Of a stretch of 64,000 bases of DNA, positions 1 to 9,391 are shown one piece after another (position 1 is the stretch's first letter; each line of letters begins with the position of its first letter). The DNA is taken from positions 1-64,000 of the forward strand of contig CAXXSM010000153.1 of NCBI GenBank assembly GCA_963663405.2. Direction: 5' to 3'. The DNA comes from a bacterium. GTDB taxonomy: Bacteria; Hinthialibacterota; Hinthialibacteria; Hinthialibacterales; Hinthialibacteraceae. The translations under genes and the position numbers were made by a program. A model generated the notes under the pieces. The model saw nothing but the letters and a program-made list of their open reading frames with translations. It was not told the origin of the DNA and did not search any database.

Positions 1-81
1 TTCCATCGATTACGGTTTCGTCGTGCAGAAAGAAGAATCGCGGGGGATTTTGATATTGATTCCTTCGAATACGTTTTAAAC

Positions 82-108
82 TCACCGTCTCCAGAAACTG
101 GGCACGGT
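82..108 (-). repeat. Duplicate of the trkH 3' end (att-like direct repeat)
   Basis: 82-108 tcaccgtctccagaaactgggcacggt matches 1025-1051 ttaccgtctccagaaactaggcgcggt at 24/27. Both encode T-x-P-S-F-W-R-R-stop on the minus strand. Confidence 0.85.
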
Positions 109-240
109 AGTGATCGAAAGACAAGTACGTACGCAGATCACCGTTTAGTCTCATACCTGGATTAACACACCATAACAAAACTATCAACTGGCCGGTCTTC
201 GAACCTGTCATTATTTCTAAACTCCAAAGGAAAAAGTATA

Positions 241-269
241 TTGACAATGTGTTACCTATAGGTTACATT
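241..269 (+). promoter_or_regulatory. Sigma70-type promoter with palindromic operator for the TA operon
   Basis: TTGACA (241-246), 17 bp, TACATT (264-269). Near-palindrome tgttacctataggttaca (250-267) overlaps it. The ATG at 275 suggests a leaderless mRNA. Confidence 0.7.
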
Positions 270-274
270 AAGAT

Positions 275-613
275 ATGTTTATCGTTCGTGTTTTCGAAGA
301 TGAAAGAGGAAAGGAACCATTCACAGAATGGTTGAAATCACTTTCACCTCTTACGGAAACACGTGTTTTGAAACGGATCTATCGAATTCAACACGGGAAT
401 TTTGGTGATTACAAGCGAATTGGAGCCGGAGTTTTTGAACTGCGCCTTTTTTTTGATGGAGGAATTCGAATCTACTTTGGCAGAGATGGTGAAGAGATCA
501 TAATATTACTATGTGGAGGCGACAAAAGCAGTCAGAAACAAGATATTAAAAAGGCATTGGATTATTGGAGGCAGTACCATGAGCAAAAAGAAGACTCGAT
601 ACCGGACATTTGA
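275..613 (+). CDS. RelE/HigB-like addiction-module toxin (HI1419-type)
   Basis: 112 aa with PFTEWL, GNFGDYK, GVFELR, RIYFG and LLCGGDKSSQ motifs; overlaps the downstream HTH gene. Confidence 0.9.
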   Translation: MFIVRVFEDERGKEPFTEWLKSLSPLTETRVLKRIYRIQHGNFGDYKRIGAGVFELRLFFDGGIRIYFGRDGEEIIILLCGGDKSSQKQDIKKALDYWRQYHEQKEDSIPDI

Positions 614-911
614 TGAGGTTGTAGAGGAGCGTTTTAGGGAAAATCCGGAATTGGTTCCTATTTTTCTGCAAACAGTATTTGAGGAATATGAAAAAGATCC
701 GGACGAAGGCGCGTTACTCTCAGCGTTACGGCAAGTGGCCAAAGCCAATGGTGGGATGACGGAATTAGCTAAGAAAACCAACCTTTCACGCGAAAGATTA
801 TATAAGACGCTCTCCCCGGAAGGTAATCCGCGCCTTAAAAATCTCAGGCGAATATTGCAAGCGTTTGGATACACACTGACTTTCAAACCTCTAAACACTA
901 TCCAGCAGTAA
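579..911 (+). CDS. HTH addiction-module antitoxin (HI1420-type)
   Basis: ALRQVAKA-GGMTELAKKTNLSRERLYKTLSPEGNP; ATG at 579 follows GGAGG. Confidence 0.9.
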   Translation: MSKKKTRYRTFDEVVEERFRENPELVPIFLQTVFEEYEKDPDEGALLSALRQVAKANGGMTELAKKTNLSRERLYKTLSPEGNPRLKNLRRILQAFGYTLTFKPLNTIQQ

Positions 912-1024
912 AGATGACGGTATGACCAAGTTTTGAATTTGGATACTCACTCGATTTTTTTTTCAATATCTGTGAAAATCCTGGATGAATCTTGTGAATA
1001 ACCAGGGTATAACCATATACAATT

Positions 1025-2539
1025 TTACCGTCTCCAGAAACTAGGCGCGGTTAAGATTAAAACTGAATAGAGTTCCAACCGCCCGACGATCATACAAAAC
1101 GACAACCACAATTTTATACAGACAGGAAATCCAGCGAAATTATCGTAGGGGCCGACTTGACTCAATCCCGGTCCAATGTTAAACAAACACGCCGCCGTGG
1201 CCGAAAATGCGGTTTCGAAATCCGCGCCAAACGCGGAGAGCAGCAACGTTGACACAATAAACATGGCGCCGACAAGAATGAAAAATCCAGTAATCCCAGC
1301 CGCAACCCGTTCAGAAATCGCTTGATCGTCCTGCTTCATCACGACCACCGCCGCTGGATACAACAGCCGGTAGATCTCCCGGTAGGCGATTTTCGCCAGC
1401 AGGATAATACGGATCACCTTGATCCCCCCGCCTGTCGAACCGGCGCAGCCACCAACAAACATCAGCAGAAAGAGAAGCATACACGCCATTGGATGCCATG
1501 TTTCAAAATCGGTGGTGCAGAATCCCGTCGTTGTCATGATCGACACGGCTTGAAACAAGGAATGCTCGATACAAGACCAGAATCCAACTACATTCCCGTT
1601 CAAGCCGACTAAAATAGTTAATACCAAAGTGGAAACACCGAGAAAAATGATATATATCCGAAACTCGCCGTTCTTTAAATAAACGGAAAATTCCCCTTTC
1701 ATGAACCGGTAGTGCAACGCGAAATTCGCGCCCGCCACAATCATAAAAAAGGTGATAACTAGATTAATGAAGGCGCTGTCGAATCCACCAACGCTTTGTG
1801 GATGAGTAGAAAATCCACCTGTGGCGACCGTGCCAAATGTATGGCATAACGCATCATATAGATTCATCCCACAAAGCATCAACGCTCCCGTCTCCAATAC
1901 CGTCAAGAGAACGTACACTTTAGATAGAGTCATGGCCGTATCGGCGATGCGGGGTTTGAGGCGGTCCGTTACGGGACCGGGCGCTTCGGTTTTAAACAGC
2001 TGCATCCCCCCCGCGCCGATCAATGGAAGAATCGCCAGCGAGAGAACGATGATTCCCATCCCCCCCAGCCAGTGGGTTGTGCTGCGCCAGAATAGGATCG
2101 CGTGAGGATTGTTGAAATCCGAGGCGGAAAAGACACTGGCCCCCGTTGTAGTCAGTCCGGACGCGCTTTCAAAAATACTGTCCGCGATCGCCACAATCGC
2201 CGCATAAAAAAAAGAAACTCCATCCGGCTTCCAAAACACGCTTTCGATCAAGAAGGGAAGTGAACCAAACAGACTGCAGAGAATCCATCCCCCCGAAACG
2301 ATCAAAAACCCTTCCCGTGGAAGAATGTCTTTCTCCTCTGAATTCGGTTGAATGGATCGCATCGCGGCGCCGGCGGAAACCGTAATCACAATCGCAATCG
2401 TAAGAGACACGCCGCCTCCCGTGCCAAACCATGCCGCGACAATCAGTGAAGGAATCATCGACATACTGAAAAACACAAGCAGCCAGCCAAGTACAAACAA
2501 TACAAGATTATACCGCACGGGAACTCTCCATTTATTCAC
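1025..2539 (-). CDS. trkH: TrkH family potassium uptake protein
   Basis: FESASGLTTTGAS, WLGGMGII, GGCAGSTGGGIK and GRLE motifs; multi-pass membrane protein. Confidence 0.95.
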   Translation of the reverse strand: MNKWRVPVRYNLVLFVLGWLLVFFSMSMIPSLIVAAWFGTGGGVSLTIAIVITVSAGAAMRSIQPNSEEKDILPREGFLIVSGGWILCSLFGSLPFLIESVFWKPDGVSFFYAAIVAIADSIFESASGLTTTGASVFSASDFNNPHAILFWRSTTHWLGGMGIIVLSLAILPLIGAGGMQLFKTEAPGPVTDRLKPRIADTAMTLSKVYVLLTVLETGALMLCGMNLYDALCHTFGTVATGGFSTHPQSVGGFDSAFINLVITFFMIVAGANFALHYRFMKGEFSVYLKNGEFRIYIIFLGVSTLVLTILVGLNGNVVGFWSCIEHSLFQAVSIMTTTGFCTTDFETWHPMACMLLFLLMFVGGCAGSTGGGIKVIRIILLAKIAYREIYRLLYPAAVVVMKQDDQAISERVAAGITGFFILVGAMFIVSTLLLSAFGADFETAFSATAACLFNIGPGLSQVGPYDNFAGFPVCIKLWLSFCMIVGRLELYSVLILTAPSFWRR

Positions 2540-2575
2540 CAGCGAAGTGGTGTAAGGCTAATTCGCGGATTGTTC

Positions 2576-2790
2576 GTTTGAATCACGGATGACTCGGATG
2601 TCCACGGATTTCACGGATAAAAGCCTTGCTTTCCACGCCTTGCTCGTTTGAACCACAGAAGGTTCGGATATCCGCAGATTTCATGGTGCAAAATCCGTGC
2701 CCTCCGTGCTTTATCCGCGACATCAGTGATTCAAACATCAAAAACTATCCGTGCTTTCCGCGTCTTCTCCGCAGTCTCCGTGATTCAAAA
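2576..2790. repeat. Nested palindromic repeat, family C (gtttgaatcacgga...tccgtgattcaaac)
   Basis: Two left arms (2576, 2646) are followed by two right arms (ending 2736, 2790); about 9-nt periodic cgga/tccg units. Confidence 0.8.
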
Positions 2791-2981
2791 ACCAATATCC
2801 CTACAAAAAATTGATTTCCTATTATTTTTTTGTTTCATTATCCCAAAAGAAGAAAACAAAATGAATCCCTTCCTAACTCAACTGGTTGTGAAGGCATCAC
2901 CACTTATTTTATAATGACTGAGCCAGTCCATCCATTCAACCAGCGGCATTCCTATAGGCTGGAGACAAGAATAGGTGAATC

Positions 2982-3926
2982 ATGAAAAACACGCCGCTTT
3001 CTATATTCTATTCCAATCGCTTTAAAGAACATAACACCGGCCAGCATCCAGAACGAGCCGAGAGAATGGACGCTATTGTCAACGCGCTGCGATCGTCATT
3101 GCCATCCGAATCCATCCACTGGCCCGAATTCGAACCGGCGTCCAAAGACGATGTGGCCTTGGTTCACAGCCAAGAACATATCAAACACATCCAAACTCTT
3201 GCGAATAATGGAGGCGGCGCGGCCGATCCAGACACGATTGTCAGTCCAGCGTCATACGGTGTGGCGCTTCTCTCCGCCGGGGCTGTTCTATCCGCTGTGG
3301 ATCAGGTTTATTCAGGCAAGGCGCGTTATGCGTTCGCCGTAAATCGGCCTCCTGGGCATCATGCTCTACGGGGCGCCGCGATGGGATTTTGTCTCTTCAA
3401 CAACATCGCCATCGCCGCCCGTCACGCCCAAAAAAAGTTGGGATTGAAGAAGATCCTCATTCTCGATTGGGATGTGCATCACGGCAATGGAACGCAGGAT
3501 ATCTTTTACGAAGACGACAGCGTCTATTACATCTCCACCCACCAACATCCTCTCTATCCCGGAACAGGCCTCGCGAAGGAGAAGGGACGCAGTAAGGGGG
3601 AAGGATATACCCGCAACCTTCCATTTCCCCCCCAAACACCACCCGATAAAATTATGAAAGCTGTCGAGGAGGCGCTCGATGAAATCGTTCCTTCGTTTCA
3701 ACCGGATCTGTATCTCATCTCAGCGGGATTTGATGGGCATAAAGACGATCCACTCGGGAATTGGTTATTGCTGGAAGAGCACTACGCCTCGATGACAAAG
3801 ATCGTGATGAAACACGCGGCTCAGACCGCGGGGGGGAAAATCGTGTCCTGTTTAGAAGGGGGCTACAACCTGAAAGCGCTTGGCGCTTCGTGCGTTGCGC
3901 ATTGCCTTGAATTACTAAAAAGGTAA
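2982..3926 (+). CDS. Histone deacetylase family (AcuC/AphA-like) amidohydrolase
   Basis: HPE, RPPGHHA, GFCLFNN, DWDVHHGNGTQ, SAGFD and LEGGY motifs. Confidence 0.95.
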   Translation: MKNTPLSIFYSNRFKEHNTGQHPERAERMDAIVNALRSSLPSESIHWPEFEPASKDDVALVHSQEHIKHIQTLANNGGGAADPDTIVSPASYGVALLSAGAVLSAVDQVYSGKARYAFAVNRPPGHHALRGAAMGFCLFNNIAIAARHAQKKLGLKKILILDWDVHHGNGTQDIFYEDDSVYYISTHQHPLYPGTGLAKEKGRSKGEGYTRNLPFPPQTPPDKIMKAVEEALDEIVPSFQPDLYLISAGFDGHKDDPLGNWLLLEEHYASMTKIVMKHAAQTAGGKIVSCLEGGYNLKALGASCVAHCLELLKR

Positions 3927-4186
3927 TTATTAGTATTTATTTTAGAGTATAATTAAGGTTATGAGTAAAAAATTTCAACAGCATAAATGACATCAAAAAA
4001 ACGATCGATATATACAAGAAAAAAATATAAAAAGAAGATTGTAAATACTGAAGTTAATCATGCAATATGGGCTGTGTTATTTTGATCCACGGAATTCATA
4101 AATCTTTTTCGATAACCCGATTAAGAACACCCGATCGAATTCTCCGGTTTATAAAATTATTGGTAGTGGTCCATATTAATTGCAAG

Positions 4187-5347
4187 TCAAAAATTGGTGA
4201 ATCTCAGGAGTTCCCCCATGCTCCAGACGTGATCGGTCAGATTCGCGGCCATGAAGGGAGTCGTGGATTTTCCATGCCGCTTGGTCAATGTTCCGTGTGG
4301 TTTACATAAGTGGTAATAGGCAAGAGTCAACGCGAGTTGATGGTGGTGGTTTTTCATGGATTTGGAGAATCGGAGCGATTTGCGTACGCACCGTGAATCC
4401 ATGTGACGAATGATCCCGTTATTTCTCTCCACGTAGGATGTGTTGATTGTCCGGCTGACTTTGGATGCCGCCAGAATCGTTTCCACTCTTGCCGGATCGC
4501 CAAAAATTACCTTTCGTGTGACTTCAACCACTTTGTATTGTTTGTAGCGTTTCACGACGTGAACGTACACCAGATCGTTCGGAGGAACGAGTCGAGGATG
4601 CGGGGGTCTTCCCGGTCCCGGTTTCCGGTAAGGCTGGACCCATGTTCCATAGACTTGAAGCAACGCATTGGCATAATGATCCAGTTGATCGGAGGAGAAC
4701 AGATCGGGCATGGATACGGTGACTCGTTTCACCTCTTCAACCAGGGCGACGGCGGAAGGCAACGTTCGTTTCCCAATGACATGCGCGAGAACGACCTTGT
4801 TGACGGCATCGAAAGCAATCCAAATCCAGGCGTCGCCGAACACGCGCTGAAGTTTCTCGAACGGCTCCAGGTTTTTCTCCTTTTTCCCGACGAAAGACCA
4901 CATTTCATCCAGCTGACATTCAGAGACGTTCGCCTTCACGAGGAGAGCGCGGTTGACCTTGACAGCATGCGCCCCGGCTTTCGCCAACACCATGAGAACG
5001 GTTTTCTTGTTCACGTTTTGAATGCGCGCCGTGGGCGAGATCCCCACCCCTTCCGCAAGGGATCGGGCAATGGTGGCAAACCGTTCTTCCGAAAGACGCG
5101 TATGATGCAACGCGGTGTTTTTCCGTGGAGACGTTCGGGATGGGGAGGCCCTCAAAAAAATTCGTTCGGGATCAAGGAATAAACCAGCTACGCCATGGAT
5201 GGTCAGGGTTTTCCGGAGACGCTTGTCTATCCGATACCGTTGGTTAAGGGCGGCCTTACGCGCTTTCTCATAGAGTCCCTGGGCCTGATCCTCGTCTTCA
5301 AAGAACACCTGGTGAGGACAGTCTCCCGCGTTCACTTCCAAGGCCAA
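4187..5347 (-). CDS. IS1-family DDE transposase (probably fused to the upstream ORF by -1 frameshift)
   Basis: QLDEMWSFVGKK, WIWIAFD, SSDQLDHY, NTSYVERNN, RKSLRFSK and TPFMAANLTDHVWS. Confidence 0.85.
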   Translation of the reverse strand: MALEVNAGDCPHQVFFEDEDQAQGLYEKARKAALNQRYRIDKRLRKTLTIHGVAGLFLDPERIFLRASPSRTSPRKNTALHHTRLSEERFATIARSLAEGVGISPTARIQNVNKKTVLMVLAKAGAHAVKVNRALLVKANVSECQLDEMWSFVGKKEKNLEPFEKLQRVFGDAWIWIAFDAVNKVVLAHVIGKRTLPSAVALVEEVKRVTVSMPDLFSSDQLDHYANALLQVYGTWVQPYRKPGPGRPPHPRLVPPNDLVYVHVVKRYKQYKVVEVTRKVIFGDPARVETILAASKVSRTINTSYVERNNGIIRHMDSRCVRKSLRFSKSMKNHHHQLALTLAYYHLCKPHGTLTKRHGKSTTPFMAANLTDHVWSMGELLRFTNF

Positions 5348-5349
5348 TG

Positions 5350-5841
5350 TCAGCGGAGCCCTTTTTTACTCAGACCCGTCTTTTCCACAATCCGTTCGAC
5401 GGTCCGGCGTGAACAATCCACTTTATAGAGGCGTAAGATTTCTTGCCGCAAGTTCTCTCCCGACAAGTGAGGTTGTTCGAGTTTCCGGTGAATGATGAAG
5501 TTGACAATCTCTTGGTTGAGAGCGAGGAGGGGGCGGCGGCCCATGGAGGAGCCAAGTAAAGCCACGTAGCCCCGCTGCATGAACATCCGTTCGAGCCGGT
5601 AGAAATACTCCCTGGAGAACCCAAAGAGGCGGCAGGCTTCAGCCACAGACATCGTGTCACTTCGAGCCGCGCGAAGCATCTCATATCGAACCTGGGGCAG
5701 GTCGAAGGGATCGAAGAAATCAAGAGTTTGGAACAGGGGGGAAGAGATTCGCTCCGGCTTTGGATTTAAGAGGCCTTCTTTTGCGAGGAACTGCGATTTC
5801 GTTTCGTTCATCGGTTCACTCCCATGGGCGGATTCAAGCAT
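5350..5841 (-). CDS. IS-associated HTH protein (OrfA)
   Basis: FFDPFDLPQVRYEMLR...VAEACRLFGFSREYFY HTH. Ends at an A6GGG run overlapping the transposase frame. The start may be MNETK at 5811. Confidence 0.8.
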   Translation of the reverse strand: MLESAHGSEPMNETKSQFLAKEGLLNPKPERISSPLFQTLDFFDPFDLPQVRYEMLRAARSDTMSVAEACRLFGFSREYFYRLERMFMQRGYVALLGSSMGRRPLLALNQEIVNFIIHRKLEQPHLSGENLRQEILRLYKVDCSRRTVERIVEKTGLSKKGLR

Positions 5842-5846
5842 AAGGA

Positions 5847-5963
5847 ATTATACTCATGAAGGCGCAAAGTGTCAACTATATATGACGTTTTATTATTAAT
5901 ATATTCTTATTTTTATTGATATCCGACGTATATACGATTTCTATACGACATATATAGTTGACA
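5847..5963 (-). promoter_or_regulatory. Consensus sigma70 promoter of the IS with an inverted-repeat operator
   Basis: Minus-strand TTGACA (5875-5870), 17 bp, TATAAT (5852-5847). 19-bp inverted repeat at 5870-5888 and 5945-5963 (18/19). Confidence 0.75.
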
Positions 5964-6257
5964 TGTTAATGAACGAAAATAAGAGGCACACTACCCGCAA
6001 CCTCTTGATATGATTGATTTTGGATGGTTCTATGACGAAGAGATAATTACGAGGAAAGGCTGCGACTAATCTACACCACTACCAAATTATTCAACGAAGT
6101 TTTTTTTAATCCCGCCTAAGCCATTTATTTTCCTGACATCGTTATCTATAATTGACTCAGCTTTCCTGTTAGGGAAGGGTTGTTCCTTGATGAGATCTTT
6201 ATTTAAATCTATTCAAGTCAAACAACCAAAAAAATCTATCTTTGTAGGAGGAAATAG

Positions 6258-7736
6258 TTGATGAGAAGAAGAATGATTTTAGTATGCGCGCTGTTGCTCG
6301 TGAGCGGTCTCGCGTTCGCAGATCGCGCCACCTACGACGAAACAAAGTCTGCGGTGGCAATGCCGTTATCTGTGCCACCGGTCATCGATGGTGTAATCGA
6401 TATCAGTGGCGGTGAATCATGGCTCGACGCGGGCGGCGCAAAAGGCGACGGCTCTGGCTATTGGAAAGTCACTGTGGATTTGGATTTGGAAGATGAAGTC
6501 CGTGGCGGCTCGATATCAAGCGGGGACGTAGGCCCCATTGATGACACGGACCTAAGTTTCCATATGTACGCCGGTTATGACAGTGACTATTTATACGTCG
6601 CCGTCCGTGTATTCGATGATTTCATCGAAACGGACAGCGCGGAAGCCGGGTCAGCGAATGGAAACACATGGTACGATGACAGCGTGGAAGTGTTTGTTGA
6701 TGGCGATAACAGCAATTATCCGGATCGCGATACAACAGGTACTAATGAAGAAGTTGTTGGAACCGGCGGCCAGTTCGTCATTACAGCAAACAACGCCTAT
6801 CGGGAAGCGGAAGCGGGAAATCCTGGCTATGGTGAAGACGCGGCATGGTATGCGTTAACCGCAGTGCGGGAAGATGGAACCGGTTATGACGCTGAGTTCC
6901 GGATTTCCATGGACACGATCGGCAATCCACAACCAGGTGATATCATTGGTTTTACGATTGGCGTCAACGAGGATGATTTGAGCGGAAGCGCGCAGCGACA
7001 GCTCATTTGGTGTGGCGCCACGCATGAGGAAATCACGTACGGTAATCTATACCTCGGTCCTAGAAGCTACACCGCTCCGAAAGTATCAACCGCTCCTACA
7101 GTCGACGGCGTTATCAACGCCGATGAATATGCAGGCGCGGGAGAAATTGAAATGAGAACTTATTCTCTGGTCTACAACCTGGATTACGGCGATGATGAAT
7201 GGCCGGTTGACGATCACGGTTATTCGGCTTGGGTCGTTCATAATGATGATGCGGTTTATGTCGCCGTGGATGTCATCGATGACATTCTTAGCAATGACTC
7301 GGCGGCCGCCGGTTCGGAAGATGGAAGCACATGGAATGATGACGCTATTGAAGTCTTCTTTGACGTGGACGACAGCAATGACCGAGACGCTGGAGACCTG
7401 GAATACGAAGGTCAATACGTCTTCACAGCCAACGGCGCTTGGCGTGACAACGAAGCGCTCAATCCGATTTTCGGTGAAGAGGATGATTGGTTCGCCGCTC
7501 AGTCCACTACAGACACCGGTTATCAGGTGGAATTCAAAATCACCAAATTCGCGCTTGTTGAGGTCGCTGATGGAACCACGATGGGCTTCAACATTTGTAT
7601 TGACGACGAAGATGTCGCAGGCGAAAACGCCAAAGTGCAAGCGCACTGGAACGGCTTCGCTCACGACGAATTTTCCTATGGCAATCTCACACTGTCCTCC
7701 GGTGGAGTCGCAGTCGTGGATTGGTCACTTTTCTAA
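6258..7736 (+). CDS. Secreted acidic protein with tandem CBM9-like sugar-binding domains; C-terminus VAVVDWSLF
   Basis: Signal peptide; two repeats of PxIDGVI...LYVAVxVxDD...WxDDxVEVFxDxD...ExxYGNL; AGGAGG RBS. Confidence 0.8.
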   Translation: MMRRRMILVCALLLVSGLAFADRATYDETKSAVAMPLSVPPVIDGVIDISGGESWLDAGGAKGDGSGYWKVTVDLDLEDEVRGGSISSGDVGPIDDTDLSFHMYAGYDSDYLYVAVRVFDDFIETDSAEAGSANGNTWYDDSVEVFVDGDNSNYPDRDTTGTNEEVVGTGGQFVITANNAYREAEAGNPGYGEDAAWYALTAVREDGTGYDAEFRISMDTIGNPQPGDIIGFTIGVNEDDLSGSAQRQLIWCGATHEEITYGNLYLGPRSYTAPKVSTAPTVDGVINADEYAGAGEIEMRTYSLVYNLDYGDDEWPVDDHGYSAWVVHNDDAVYVAVDVIDDILSNDSAAAGSEDGSTWNDDAIEVFFDVDDSNDRDAGDLEYEGQYVFTANGAWRDNEALNPIFGEEDDWFAAQSTTDTGYQVEFKITKFALVEVADGTTMGFNICIDDEDVAGENAKVQAHWNGFAHDEFSYGNLTLSSGGVAVVDWSLF

Positions 7737-7758
7737 TGAATTAAGAATCATATAATCT

Positions 7759-7796
7759 AAATAGGGCGGCTTAATGTGTTTAAGCCGCCCTATTTT
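7759..7796. terminator. Intrinsic terminator, probably bidirectional
   Basis: aaatagggcggctta-loop-taagccgccctatttt between convergent genes. Confidence 0.8.
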
Positions 7797-8103
7797 CTAT
7801 TATAGTAATAAATTTATCCATTTCAACGAATCCATTCAATTCTCCACATGACAAATAACAGGAAGAACCGAACTTTATGATCCACGAAGCCATGAATGGT
7901 CCACTGTGGATCAATCAATCGAAATAAAACAAACATTACTATTTAATTATAATGGATTTATCTTTTTGAAAGTTATATTAATTGATATGTTATTTATGAA
8001 GGGAAAAAGCATCCGTGGCAGGGAGGAAAGGCTGTTGGTTTGTTTTCGTAACCCAGCCGAATCGATGTTTCGAGCCGGGAGCGATTGATTGACATTCAGC
8101 CTT

Positions 8104-8823
8104 TTACACCTCGAAATCCACGGATGATGGATTATCATTTACGTCTCCGCTCTTCAAAATCTCTGAATCGCCTGCTTGAGGAGACGCCGATGTCTCATTT
8201 TCTCCGGCTTTATCCTGAGCGGAATTTAATATTTCATCCCGGAAATTCGCGATTTCTTCCATAACAAGATTATAAGTTTTTTGGATCACTTCACCGATTT
8301 CACCAAGTTCATCATAATTCCCAAGAATCTGTTCCGCTTCTTGGAAGCCTTTTTGGATAGCCTCTTGGACTAGAGTGGAGAATTCAGTCACTTGCTGTGT
8401 GATCTCTTCCCCATCATGGTTCGCTTGATACGAACTGAAGAATCCAGTGGCGAATTGAGCGATGCGGCTTGCTGTGTTTTCAGGACTTATATAGTCCAGA
8501 AGTTCCTGAGAGGTCGCATTCTCAGGAGGAAGAAAATTATCCGGGATTGACGCGTCATCCCCTTGGAGACCGTAACGCCGCGTTAACTGGTCCTTGATTT
8601 TAGATTGAATCGTGTTGATCGATTCGGCCAGTTGCACTGGATCAGCGTCCAGGTGGAACGAGAACGAGACGACATCTTTAGCGGTTTGTGTTTTTAACTC
8701 CGCTTGGGTAACCGATTTCGGGTCTTGATCCGCTGTGCCGTTTGACATACCAGAGGCATTTTGGCCCGGCGTGCTTTGCCGGATCAGGGGGGCCGCGTTG
8801 ATCGGGTTAATCATTGTTCTCAC
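8104..8823 (-). CDS. DUF5610-like protein
   Basis: SPENTASRIAQFATGFF...IQKGFQEAEQIL...IQKTYNLV resembles DUF5610; GGAAGGAGG RBS. Confidence 0.65.
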   Translation of the reverse strand: MRTMINPINAAPLIRQSTPGQNASGMSNGTADQDPKSVTQAELKTQTAKDVVSFSFHLDADPVQLAESINTIQSKIKDQLTRRYGLQGDDASIPDNFLPPENATSQELLDYISPENTASRIAQFATGFFSSYQANHDGEEITQQVTEFSTLVQEAIQKGFQEAEQILGNYDELGEIGEVIQKTYNLVMEEIANFRDEILNSAQDKAGENETSASPQAGDSEILKSGDVNDNPSSVDFEV

Positions 8824-9391
8824 CTCCTTCCATGTTTAAGTCTAGAGTCTCATCCATTATCATTATCGGCAGGCTCATTATAAAGCTTGAGCTTTCACTC
8901 CTCTCTAAGCCATTCACTTCTTTTATCATACCGCAATTTCAATGATCGAATACAATTATTTTTCTATTTGTAAATCGATTGTATTTATGCTAACATAATC
9001 CTAACAATTAAGGGGTATGAGAATGATCAGTATTCAAAATAAGAGTCATCATCAATCCTAAGGAGGAATCTGCGCTGTGTGTAGATACGAAACCATTAGG
9101 AGGAGAAGTGATCAGCTACGGTGATTGTGACGAAATTTCAAGAATAATACAGCAATACACTGTGCGTGATTCAAGCGATTATGTTATCTGCACGTTCAGC
9201 AAATCCTAGAAAAGTATTAAATCAACTCATACTCAATTACAAACCCTTATTTTACTCCAATTGAATGTATATATTTCGATTTGTTGTCATATACTGGATA
9301 CTTTAATAAATAATCGCAAGTTACATCAACCGTAAATAATAAAGCAATATTGTTAATGAAGCATTAAAAACCAACTACGAAGGAGAGAATT

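Larger units (their letters stand above)
4162..6083 (-). mobile_element. Complete IS1-family-like insertion sequence (1922 bp)
   Basis: Terminal IRs ggtagtggtccatattaattgca and ggtagtggtgtagattagtcgca (18/23). 8-bp TSD aaattatt at 4154-4161 and 6084-6091. Encodes an HTH ORF and a DDE ORF. Confidence 0.9.

Noticed and set aside
1-80. Possible gene end at the window edge
   Set aside because: Too short to assign a strand or product.
4403-5182. Long antisense ORFs (also 7086-7664, 56330-57094, 61072-61797)
   Set aside because: They are shadows of well-supported genes on the opposite strand.
8824-9391. Long AT-rich intergenic region with SD-like motifs
   Set aside because: No convincing ORF, repeat or RNA structure; consistent with a divergent promoter region.
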